A stretch of DNA of 63,916 nt, filler included, from Basidiobolus meristosporus CBS 931.73 (lineage: Eukaryota; Fungi; Basidiobolomycota): NCBI GenBank assembly GCA_002104905.1. It is 4 parts of 4 records of this genome, joined end to end, with 100 filler letters (N's around TTAATTAATTAA, not from the genome) between each part and the next. Parts side by side here need not be neighbours in the genome. Positions count along the whole stretch, not along the records: positions 24,152 to 39,822 come from MCFE01001142.1; positions 39,923 to 53,654 come from MCFE01001195.1; 2 more parts are not named here. The stretch is one strand, 5' to 3'. Numbering within the stretch: the stretch's first letter is position 1; every line of letters starts with the position of its first letter. Position numbers and translations under genes: made by a program. The notes under the pieces were generated by a model. The model saw nothing but the letters and a program-made list of their open reading frames with translations. It was not told the origin of the DNA and ran no database searches. Below are positions 38,201 to 49,189 of this stretch, piece after piece.

Positions 38201-39299
38201 TGAAGGATACTCTCAAACAAAAGGACTTGACTATACTGAGACCTTTACACCGGTAGCCAAGTTTAATTCCATCAGATCAATACTGGCTATTGCAGCCAAA
38301 TATAAGTTTTTTATTCATCAAATGGATGTAAAAACTGCATTTTTGAATGGAGAACTAGATGAGGACGTGTATATGGACCAGCCTGATGGGTTGGTTGACC
38401 AAGATAACCCCCATTTGGTCTGCAAGCTTAAAAAGTCACTATATGGTCTCAAACAATCACCAAGAGACTGGAATTGCAAGATAGATTCTTATTTGGAATC
38501 TTTGAGTTTCAAAAGGAGCAATGCTGACTATAGTATATACTATAAGCCAGATAGAGCAAATCCAGTTTTATTAGCTCTATATGTGGATGATCTTATTATA
38601 GCCGCCAATAACCTAGAAACATTGGAAGAGACTAAATCCAGCCTATCTAAGGAGTTCAAGATGTCCAATCTAGGAGAACTTAATTACTACTTAGGGATTA
38701 AGTTCTCCATAGACAGAAGTACCCAGACTATCACCCTAAGTCAATCCAAGTATATTCAAGATATACTAAAGAAGTACCAAATGGAAGTCTGTAAACCGGC
38801 AGCTACCCCAATGGAGACAAACCTTAACTTGGTCAAAACTCAACCAAATCAAGAGAGCTTGGTGCCATCTGAAAGCCCTGACTTTCCTTATCAATCTATG
38901 ATTGGCAGTCAGATGTACATCATGCTTGGAACACGTCCAGATATCTCATATTCAGTGGGAGTTGTCAGCCACAATAATCAGAACTATGGATCTGATCATA
39001 TTGCAGCAGTTAAGCGGATTTTTAGATACCTAAAAGGAACTGCTGATATCTGTTAAGATACACTCATAAGGATTCAGAACAGGATCTTGTGTGGTACTCT
39101 GATGCTGATTGGGGACAAAATTTAGAAGACAGAAGATCCACCACAGGATACACCTTTCTTTACTGTAAAGAAGCAATTTCATGGAAGTCAAGAAAGCAAC
39201 CAACCGTAGCACTCTCTACCACAGAGGCAGAGTACAAGGCAGCCTGTGAAGCTACAAAAGAAGCAATGTGGTTAAGAAAGCTTTTTACAGATTTAGGCC
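35238..39299 (+). mobile_element. Ty1/copia copy 3 (best preserved), truncated in RNase H
   Basis: 5' LTR 35238-35586, PBS GGTTATGAGCCC 35587-35598. Gag with CNYCKRKGHTSDQC, protease WYIDSEAS, integrase HSDNGGEY/SPQQNGVAE, RT QMDVKTAFLNG/LYVDDL, RNase H YSDADWG/VALSTTEAEY. Few stops. Confidence 0.93.
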
Positions 39300-39822
39300 T
39301 GTTGTAAGAGTCTTGGAGATATTGGAAGTGATTGGGAGAACAAGTAGATTATGTGGTTTTCACTTAATGATTTATTGAATGTAAAAGTAGTATTTATACT
39401 TTTACATGGTCTTGGCATTACAAACACGTAGAATAGGTTAAGGAAGGTCCCAAGAACATGTGTGCAAAGTTTGGGGCTGTTTGGACAACTTTGAGAATTT
39501 TCATGTTCTGGGTACCTGGTATTTTGGTGAAAATATTCTAAGTAAATCCCGACAAGGAATTTGGTCAGTATTCTCTAGGATTTGAAGATGATGATCTAAG
39601 TGACTAAGTTAGGTGAATATTTAGGTGGAAAATACGAATTTTTACAACACTCCCACTCAGCTAAATGTTCATACTGACTATTCCTAATTTTGACCCTAAG
39701 ATATTCAAACTTGTCTCTAGCTAATGGTTTGGTAAATATGTCTGCAATCATTTCATCTGTAGGACAGTAAACTAAGCTAACTAAGTTATTCTCTATAGCT
39801 TCACGTATGAAATGATGTCTAA
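39300..39822 (-). mobile_element. 3' LTR, PPT and RNase H tail of an oppositely oriented copia of the same family
   Basis: 39300-39649 is the reverse complement of the family LTR. It is followed by ctcccactcag (PPT complement) and RNase H-tail sequence matching 4209-4380. Confidence 0.88.
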
Positions 39823-39922
39823 NNNNNNNNNNNNNNNNNNNNNNNNNNNNNNNNNNNNNNNNNNNNTTAATTAATTAANNNNNNNNNNNNNNNNNNNNNN
39901 NNNNNNNNNNNNNNNNNNNNNN
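39823..39922. other. Scaffolding gap
   Basis: N pad with TTAATTAATTAA. Confidence 0.95.
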
Positions 39923-40291
39923 TTTGTTCTTATACAGGCAAAGATACTTTTCTGTCTTTGTAACTATTGACCACAGCTGCATTCTTATCAAGTCCCTGCT
40001 GGTGGAGTTTACAGTTGTTTTGACTTTGGAAGCTTCAGTCCTTTGTCATCTCAAAGGATGCTGAACCTAGCACATACTTTTGTTCAGATGCCAACCAAGT
40101 TGGGGATTGTAGCACAATAGTTTTCCCTTGACAAGCTTGTGGCTTTATTCCCCATCACATTAGATTAGACCAAAGACCCAGTATTCCTAGCAAGCTTTTG
40201 CCAGAGGTTATTGCACCCAGTGAACACCCCACACACAAAACACTTGAAAAGTGTTGGACGTATCTCTCCCTTGGACTTGTACACCACCACA
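39923..40291 (+). mobile_element. 3' part of a second-family gypsy LTR
   Basis: Matches 21590-21958 and ends CACCACCACA, followed by family X sequence. Confidence 0.88.
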
Positions 40292-41043
40292 GCTCAGTCA
40301 GTTGAGTTACACTCCAGTGAGGTAGATAAGTTTGCAGATAAAGGCAATTTGTCTACCCTGGCCTCCACATCCTCCATTGTTGACAGAGTGAAGATCCCTC
40401 TGACAGACAAAGTAGCAATATCAAGAACTCAAATGGTCATCACAATGCCTTTGGTGGAATTCTGGAACATTAATAGGCACAACAAGGAGTTACAACACTT
40501 CTTCAAGAGCAGTGCTCAAGAAAATGCACTTGAATATTGCAAGGCTTTATTGCAAAGACTGGTAGAGGAGGAGCTAGACCTTGCAGTACTGGCTGAAAGC
40601 CAGGTCATATAGGAACCAGTGGATGAACAGTGGCATAGAGCTGTAGGGTTTCCACCAAAGATGTGCAAACAGAGCATTACAGCAAAAGATACTTATTGAG
40701 TGGTGGATTTTAATGGAGATGCTTGTTCAGTGTTGGGTTGGGCTTAATGTTAGTGTAGGTTATAGGGACTTATATAGGCCAATGCAATTGGCATTGAGGT
40801 ACAACTGAAGTTTCAATGGATATAAATCAATTTGTATACATGAAACATAGAGTAATCATTAGATTTGTTCTGTTGGATAGTGCCACATAGTGCCAGCCTG
40901 TTTATGGTGCCAGATCAATCTGGCACTCTACGGCACTATCTGGCACTATAATTTCTACCATGATGCCAGTGGTATGATACAGTTACTGGTAATTTTACTC
41001 AATCTTACTTATGTTGCTCAGAATAGTGCTTTCCTTGCTTTAT

Positions 41044-41928
41044 TTACTCTTCATATTGCTCCAGACACATTTCTCTCAGTGGATGTCTTCTTGTGTGAAC
41101 ACACTGTGCATTAATAAGTATCTTAGCTATTTTACCTATTCTGCTGTTATCTCCTATATATGACTTTCCTCTGTATTTACCTGCCAATATGCTGAATCTC
41201 TTCAGATATCCAAATGTGTGCTCTACCCTTACTCTGAAATGATTAAATATCTCATTGTAGAGCTTCTGCTTCCTGCTAAGCACACCATTCCTTGGCTTCC
41301 TATAAGCTGTAATACATCCTAATCTCTGACAATCCTCTCCTATATAGGCTAAGTCTGCCATACATTTCTCCCCTCTACTGAATTCAGGATGATTCTCTAC
41401 CCAGAGTGCTTTGTCATGCCTACTTCCAGCAAATGGCCCACTAAACCAGATGATGTTACCCTCAATGTCAGACAGTGCTTGAAACTTCACACAGTGTGCC
41501 TTGTACTTGCCAGAATAAAAGTGCCTCTGCCCTCTAGAAGGTCTGTTAATCCTCACTGGGAAGGTATCCAAAATACTCCTGATATGGAACCTGTTGCTGA
41601 ACACTCTGGGATATGGAAGTCTATTGGAGCTTCTGAACCTAGTATTCCAAGCTTGCTCTAAGTCATTCATACCCTCGGCAAGGTGGTTCTCCATTGCTGT
41701 CAGCTGGGAATAAAAGCTTCTAGGACTTTTGTTGCCATGGATGGTGGGATGAAACCTTGTAGGGCAATAGTTCTTATAATAGCAGAGAAGCTTAACAAGG
41801 GATCTCCTTGAGTAGATTGGGGTTGATGGTCCACAGTACTTGGAATAGATCTCCTCTAGTGTGTCAAAAGGAAGTCCAGTGGTAGTGATGGGATTGATGA
41901 GAAAAGACCATTCAGATGAGTAAATCAT
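41044..41928 (-). CDS. DDE_Tnp_4-type (Harbinger/IS5-like) transposase, 294 aa
   Basis: ILDTFPVRINRP (D1), FYSGKYKAHCVKFQ, FSGPFAGSRHD, MADLAY (D2), YNEIFNHFRVRVEHTFGYLKRF (E). The catalytic triad is intact. Confidence 0.9.
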   Translation of the reverse strand: MIYSSEWSFLINPITTTGLPFDTLEEIYSKYCGPSTPIYSRRSLVKLLCYYKNYCPTRFHPTIHGNKSPRSFYSQLTAMENHLAEGMNDLEQAWNTRFRSSNRLPYPRVFSNRFHIRSILDTFPVRINRPSRGQRHFYSGKYKAHCVKFQALSDIEGNIIWFSGPFAGSRHDKALWVENHPEFSRGEKCMADLAYIGEDCQRLGCITAYRKPRNGVLSRKQKLYNEIFNHFRVRVEHTFGYLKRFSILAGKYRGKSYIGDNSRIGKIAKILINAQCVHTRRHPLREMCLEQYEE

Positions 41929-42287
41929 ATTAAAATTGATGGATGATTGTATGGAGGTGGTTTGAATTGATTTGGTGCAATCTGTGTTATTTATCTGATT
42001 TTTAATACATTATGGTTAAATCTCCATCAATTGCCATGTATCCCATCATTATGTTGCAAAAATCATCCGCAAACAATGCCTTGGTACTTTCATTGATGCT
42101 TTAATCATAGGTCTATAATCAAATAGGAAATCTGCGATTGATGTGATCTGATCCATGTCAACGTGATCCAAGATGCATCATGCATAATATATGGAAAATT
42201 CAACAATCACATTAGTTTTCATATATATTTCATATAAGACCAGGTTAATGCCAATATACTGCTTTATAAGTATCCAAATCCATTGCT

Positions 42288-43448
42288 ATGGTCCCCATAC
42301 CAAGCCTCAACTCATCTTTAGTACAACCCAGACAAAACCCAGTGTCTATGATGAGCCTTCATACAGATATTTGGGCACTACTGATTAATTTAGCAGAACT
42401 AGATACCTCCGAGAGTCAACAAAGATGGAAGAATTTGAGTAGAAAGCTGTGGCATGAGTTCTACATCAAGATGCCAGCCAATGTATGTAAAAGGATATAT
42501 AACAAGACAAGTATTGAAATCAAGAATGAGCTGAGAGTGAGGGGATTTGACAAAGAAGCCACATGGGAACAATTTCTTGTGCAATTTGCACAGTACGGGC
42601 TGGATGCGTCTGTTTGTGCCTCAACTTTGGGAACCAAAGAGATTTTGAATGAGTTTTTGCCTCAAATGACTAATGTACTACATGATATATTAGTAGAGCT
42701 AAGTGGCTTCTGAGAGCAATATACACAGGACTCATCCAGGCAACAGCTCCAAAGTATCAGACAGAGGGTAAGTGAATACCTTGAGGAATCAGATGGTGAG
42801 CTTAAGGAGGAAGAATACAGACTGCGAGCAACATTGTCCAGATTGTGCCAGCACGCCTTGCTGGATTCCCTACCATCTCATGCAACCACAGCGCGCCGGT
42901 GCATGTCAGTCCAGACCACGCCAACACCCTTCACCAAAACGCCCCACGTCAAGTCAATGAGTGTCGGGTCAACGCGTGTGCTTCAGAGCAAAACTACAAG
43001 AACTCGCCAAACTGCTCATTTAGAAACAAGTCCATTGGAGCGGACCAAGTTGCGTCAACATGCGGCATCACATTGAACTCAGCCAAGGGCCATCTCAATG
43101 CGTCAAGGCATGCCTGCGCGTGCTGTTTTGCCTGACCATCAGCAAGTTACTTCTGGTGAACTGACTGATGATGACCAACATGAAGTGCCTCAACCACCGG
43201 AGCCCTTGGCAAGTAAAAGAATGCGTCAGCGCATGGCACTACAGGCCGGTTCAGTTGGTTCAGTTGGAGCGTTTCAGCGTGGCCAAGCTGCAGCATCATA
43301 CTCATCAACTAGGAGGCAAAATACTGACTACAAATACACAAGTAGCCAAGATGATAGTCAGCCAGGAAGTAGTATAGGTGTGCAAAGTGAGTCACTACCA
43401 AATGCTTCAGTAGTAATCCCTGTGAGAAAAAAACCCAGGAGAAGATGA
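42288..43448 (+). pseudogene. Harbinger accessory ORF (Myb/MADF-like N-terminus, low-complexity tail, C-terminal RKKPRRR) with premature stops
   Basis: IW.LL...E..QRWKNL motif. In-frame TGA at 42711 and 43074 where the second copy (56619-58514) is open; also an about 100-bp deletion relative to that copy. Confidence 0.75.
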
Positions 43449-44699
43449 TGCAATTGCTTTGAATTGCTCACATATGTAATGATCCTGACAACCCTTTTTT
43501 TTTGCGATCCAAATTAAGCCATTGCAAATCAGTGATCATCAAATTTTTGATATAAGTAATATCAAGGTCGTCTCACATTTGAGACAGAACCCCTATAAAT
43601 AAACACCCTGCATATATATACGTCATCTGTAATACCAGTGCAGCTAATGGATCTGTTTTGCACCTACACAATTGCTTGCGTGCTAGCTATGACACCTTGT
43701 CCAATCACTAGGATCAGGGATTTACTTGCTCAATGGGCAAAATTGGATATTTGATGGCAAATCAGGTAGCTTTTTCAGTGGTCAATGAGCCAATTGGGGG
43801 CTGCCAGCTTCAGGATACTTTTGGACCAATTAACCACTGAGATACCGTCCAATTGGAGTGAGGGTAACCAAAATGGTAAGTATCTGTGTAGTTTATAGTG
43901 TGATAAACATTTATTTTCATTTACATTACAGAAACATATCCAAATACCGGATTTTACCTGCCATTATAGCGGTATCTGATTGCGCACGTGATGCAAACAT
44001 TATGAGTTGGCGCAATCATCCGTGCCAACCTCATCGTGTCAGATTGTGCCATAGTGTGCAAGATTGTCCTGCATAGTGCAAAATTGTCCAAGAACAATCC
44101 TGCCTTCTGGTAGCTATAATATTGCACCTGATTGTTCTTTACAACCATGGATTGCGCCGCGCACCCTGGCACGGTACAATGGAACAATTCTATTGAGTCA
44201 GGTAATAAGGAGTATGAAAAAGAGGAAATAGCCAATGAATGCACACAAATACAGGAGGTGATAGAGTGTCCAGGGTCTGAAAGTGAGAGAATTGGCAGAA
44301 AACCAATCCAAAGCCACTTTTGTTATGTTGTGATGAAAAGTTTTAACAAAGTTTTTTTTGTGAAATCAATGGTGCAATTATTTTTTGACAGTCTTTGCCT
44401 GGTGTTGTGATGAAATCAACACCTCTTAGATAGAGGACTTAGAATCTGTGATGGTCTTTTGATGCAATCATCACAATATTTTTTTGTAGGGCCAAGCTAG
44501 CTGCTGTCCCACCATTCTTCTGCTGCTGTCAGTGGTATGTTTAGTTGGGAACCAGACAGCTTTACATTATTTTCTGGCAGCATATATATGGGAGTGAGTC
44601 AAACCAATGGGGAAATGGTGCTACATACATGTGTGTTTGTGGTGCAACAACATTATTTATAAGGCATATTATGGCAGGTCATCATTGAATCTTACACTC

Positions 44700-46000
44700 A
44701 TGTAAGTTCCATGTCTCAAATACAAGACTGTCTCAAGGTGGCATGAGTATTGACAAATAGTGATATAATAGTGTTACTCTGTTAAGTGTCAAACTGTGCA
44801 CCCCATAGACAAGACCACCTGTGTTGAGCACCATAAGAGACAAGAAAAAAGGCCACGCGGCTATTGTAGCAAGCAACTCAGCTATGAAGCACACAGACAG
44901 CATAGGAAGCTTTACAAGGATCACAGAAACTGTTTTGTTGCAACAGTCATATTTGTCTATTCATCAGTTTAGTCAAGTGAGCCTAGCAATCCATCTCCCA
45001 GTCAATGACATGAAGTTGTGGCTAGAGAAGTTGCATGCTTCCACTTGTATCAGTAAGGGGGGCTTTGAGTATTTTCTACTACTTCTTGCAAAAGTTATCC
45101 TGGGTTGCAACTTACCATGTAAATGCTGTAATTGAGCAACAAAAATGCAGCTGGCAACATATAACCCAGGGACCATGTTGATAACAACATGTGTTAATAA
45201 TTGCATGGCATTCACACCAGAAAATGCCACCATTGCAAGGTTTCCAACTTTTCAGGAATCCACCACCATTGGGGAAGCAATTGTTCACATTCCAGATATA
45301 TTCCAGTATAACCTTGTCTAAAGAAGCCTAAGTAGTCTGACAAACATTGTGAACTATAAGGTACCTCACTCAGTATCAATCCAGCGCAACCATGCCCAAT
45401 ATATTTGATTGCAAGCATTATAAACAGCTAAAGAGCAAGGTCTCTTTTGAAGGTGTGCATGACCATGTCTCTGCCTTGGCACCTAATGGACTCTCATTTA
45501 ACAATTACACTACCGACAAATCCTGCGGGCTACTGATTCTCATCAACCTGAATCTGCCTCCTATCTTGTGGTATTAGAGCAGAAATCAGATGGCAGTTTC
45601 ATAGGTATCTGGGCCTAAATCACAGTCCAATCTGGATACCTATCAGAATCCATTCCTGGAAGAATTTTGTACACTTTCCAGCAAAATAATGGCATATAGC
45701 CATCACGTCAAAGTGTGTAGTGCTATCTGCATCAAAACACCCCAGCCACCCACAAGATGGCTCACTGTTCTGGGCATAATTACCAGTATTGCTGTTGAAT
45801 GTGAGACATATAGGGGATTTACTCCATAACTCACACATATAATTATTACCCAAACACCAGCACTAAGAACACAAACTTCCCACAGAGAGAATGTACAGAA
45901 GTCAGCATGCAATTGCAACAATGATGGCTAGCTGTTAGCATTGACTGGAATATGGAACTAACTGTTGAAAACTAGATTATTTGGTATCATTCAGCAGATA
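44700..46000 (+). mobile_element. CACTA/En-Spm-like transposase remnant
   Basis: MPNIFDCKHY...LAPNGLSF...LILINLNLPP, then SGPKSQSNLDTYQNPFLEEF, resembling fungal tnp2-like CACTA transposases. Many stops. Confidence 0.7.
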
Positions 46001-46279
46001 AAAATTTATTTAACAATTCCGGACAAGTCTTGGTCACTGTGGGACTGATTTAAAGCCCTAACTTTGCCACTTCCTTCAGATCTATCATCCTACAATTATT
46101 CACCTATAGTTAAGATCAAATTAGCACTTTAACCAAGCATTGTGTACCAACCCTGCAATGGCTACGGAATGCTTCTCAATGTTGAGAAGCCCTCCTTACT
46201 TAGTGTCATAGTTGTATTACTTCTACAAAGGTATAAATACTAAGCTTCTTTATGAATAAACAACAGTTCACCCTATGAG

Positions 46280-46880
46280 AAATTATTGAGATGATCCTGT
46301 TAAAGGCTGTCACAAAGTCAAGTCCTGTGACTAAGAGGTGCTGCTTTGATTGGCAATTGCTTCTTTTTCACACTCCTTACTTCCTGATGCAACCCTTTCT
46401 CTTACTTTTCATGCACACAAATTGGTTTATTTCCATTGCAACTTCAGTTTTACCTAAATTGCCAATTGTATTGACCTATTCAAGTCCCTATACCTTACAC
46501 TAACATTAAGCCCAACCCTGCACTCAACAAGCAACTCCATTAAAATCCACCACTTGATAAGTATTTCTGCTGTAACGCTCTGGTTCCACAACTTTGGCCA
46601 GAATCCAGCAGCTTTATGCCACTGTTCACTCACTGGTTCCCACATGTCCTGGTCTTTAGCCAGTACTGCAAGGTCTAGCACCTCATCAAGTCTTTGCAAT
46701 AAATCCTTGCAAAATTCCAGTGCATTTTCTTGAACACTGCTCTTGAAGAAGTGCTGCTACCACTTGGTGTGTCTATTAATGTTCCAAAATTCCACTGAAG
46801 GCATTATTGTAGTCTTTTGAGCTCTTGACATTGTAGCCTTGTCTGTCAGTGGGATCTCCACTCTCTCAACAATGGAGGAT
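46280..46880 (-). repeat. Family X copy
   Basis: QRLDEVLDLAVLAKDQDMWEP; collinear with 19520-20080. Confidence 0.7.
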
Positions 46881-46899
46881 GTGGTAGAAAAATTGCCAC

Positions 46900-47480
46900 T
46901 ATGAACAGTGTTGCTGTGAAATGTGTGAGATCCAGGTGATTTGCTTCATATCTCACACACATAATTAATACCCAACCACCAGCACTCTCAACATTATCTT
47001 TCCACAGAGAGAGCATACAGAAGTCAGCATGCAATTGCTGCAAATTTGGCAAGCTATAAGCCATTGGCCAGAATATGGCATCACTTGGAAACAGGAGATA
47101 CTTAAGATAGAGGGATCTCTTGGTGCAAAATCTTTCCACTGAGTGCAACACATTTGCTTTTTGACAATATCCCTATACTGATGACCAGGTTGTACAGGCA
47201 GCATTTCAAGCTAAATGAGCCCTTTGAGATACTGGAGAAATTTCAAAGAGTTGGCAAGATATTTCAGAGTATCTGCTGCCGTAAGTACTTCTCAAGGGCT
47301 CCAATGAATATTGATATTCATCAAGAATATTACCTTTAAGTCTGTCATAGATGTGATGAGTTGGCACATGGAGGACAGCCAGGAAGACTTGGAAAATACT
47401 GAGGACAAATGTGCACATGGAGACACCAATGCCTATGGCATTAAGAAGCTAAGCAGCCCCAATACATAGGTAATTAGTTA
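46900..47480 (+). mobile_element. CACTA-like transposase remnant (downstream part)
   Basis: HLLFDNIPILM...FSRAPMNID...VMSWH; overlaps in homology with 45790-45920. Confidence 0.6.
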
Positions 47481-47665
47481 AGTAATGCAAAGTTGCGTCG
47501 GGTGCAACAAGCAAATAATTTTTATTACAAAAACTCTACCAATGTATTCCAGGTTTCTCTTGGTCACAAGCCAATTTCTAAACCATACAATTCAGAATTC
47601 ACATAAGCAAGAGCCAATGCTCACCTATAACGGGGACTGGACTCCAGAGGGAGAAGGAATGTATC

Positions 47666-48400
47666 AGACTTGTTCTGTTATATAGTACCACACTGAGCCA
47701 TGAGTGCCAAATAATGCCAAAGTGTTCCAGGGAGGCCAAGTAAGCCTATGATTGGGCACTGAGTATAACACACCACTCTTCATCTTCATACAAAGCAGCC
47801 CCTGTATATGACCCCCCTAATATTGGAGAAAATCCATTTTTTGACCTTTTTTCTTGGATCAATGTTGTGCAGGATGTGCAAGAGCTCAGAAGAGCTAAAG
47901 ATATGCATCTGGTACTCAATGCCAATGCCACACTGAGTTTAGCTCCTGTGGCATGTACATGTCACCAAAATGCATGGCACTGTGTTGGTTCAATGGTACC
48001 ATCTGGCACTATGTTTAAATATTGGCCCTAAAGTAAAGCCTATACAAAGCACTTATAGTGCAAGATAGTACCAGTGGACCAAAAAAGTCCCATGCATTTT
48101 TATGACCTGTTACAAGCCACTGGGGCTAGATTCAGAGTGCCATGGGTATTTAGTACCAGATGCATATCTTCAGTCCTTCTGTTCTCTAACACATCCCGCA
48201 CAACATTGATCCAAGAAAAAAGGTCAAAAAATGGATTTTCTCCAGCATGGGTGGTGAAACACAGGGGCTACTATGCATGAAGATGAAGAGCTATGTTTCA
48301 CACTCTGTGGCCAAGTTTAGGTATACTATGACTCAGTGGCACACTATGGCACTATTTGGCACTCATGGCTCAATGTGGCACAATCCAATGGAACAAGTCT
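47666..48400. mobile_element. Foldback non-autonomous DNA transposon, copy 3 (arms diverged)
   Basis: AGACTTGTTC...GAACAAGTCT, same spacer; flanks ATC/ATT. Confidence 0.85.
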
Positions 48401-49189
48401 ATTGGCTAAATCCAATAGTTCTTGGCAGATTGTCAGGAGGTATTAATGGCAGAAGTGGCAGCAACCAAGTCCATGTTTGCAAGAAGTAATTGTTACCAGC
48501 AATAAAAGGTAAATGGCTACTTTGCAAATATTTCACCAAAAAGCCAAAAATTTGAGATGAAAGAGAGATACCAATTGTCGCAGATGTGAATATTAGTAGA
48601 GGTTAGGAAACCAGAGGCAATTTTTTTTTCTGATTTTGACTATATGAAGAATATCCAAAGTAGCAGTGGGTAAGCAAATAAGGAGGGGCAACTCTATATT
48701 GTAATCTATGAACTGTGTAAGGGAAGGTAGAAAAAAGAAATACCATTTGGCAAATTGGTATAGTGGCATCATACAGCACTAGCTGAAGGCTGTTATATTG
48801 CTGTGTTCATGCCATCAGAGGCACACAATGAAGCTGATGCAACACTATCAAGTTTCTTGCCATATAAGGCAATTGATGCATTGGCCTGTAATATCCACTA
48901 AAATAGATGTAGAGCACAATAAGACCGCATCAATGCCATGCAACCCTTGGCTAAACACCACCCAAACACCCTAATGTTTCTAAACTTTATTTAGCTGTAA
49001 AGCTAGCCAAATGTAGTTGTGATTGCATCATAAAATTACTGCAGAGTGTCATTAATTTCAAGCTGCTGATTTCAAAATGGTCTCTTGATTGGTTCCTGAC
49101 AGCAGACATGGTTTAGATCCACCTGCAGTACCAAATTGTCACTCATAGGGTCTATCAATATGTCTGTTATAAGCCTTTATTTAAGAGTG

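Larger units (their letters stand above)
40861..44191. mobile_element. PIF/Harbinger (PHIS)-superfamily DNA transposon, 3.3 kb, two divergent ORFs
   Basis: TIRs AGATTTGTTC / GAACAATTCT, 3-bp TSD ATT/ATT (40858-40860 and 44192-44194), DDE transposase on the minus strand and a second ORF on the plus strand. Confidence 0.9.
40292..44480 (+). repeat. Family X copy (40292-40860 plus 44192-44480) split by the Harbinger element
   Basis: Joining the flanks gives aatcattgagtcagg, collinear with the reverse of 19370-20150. Confidence 0.7.
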
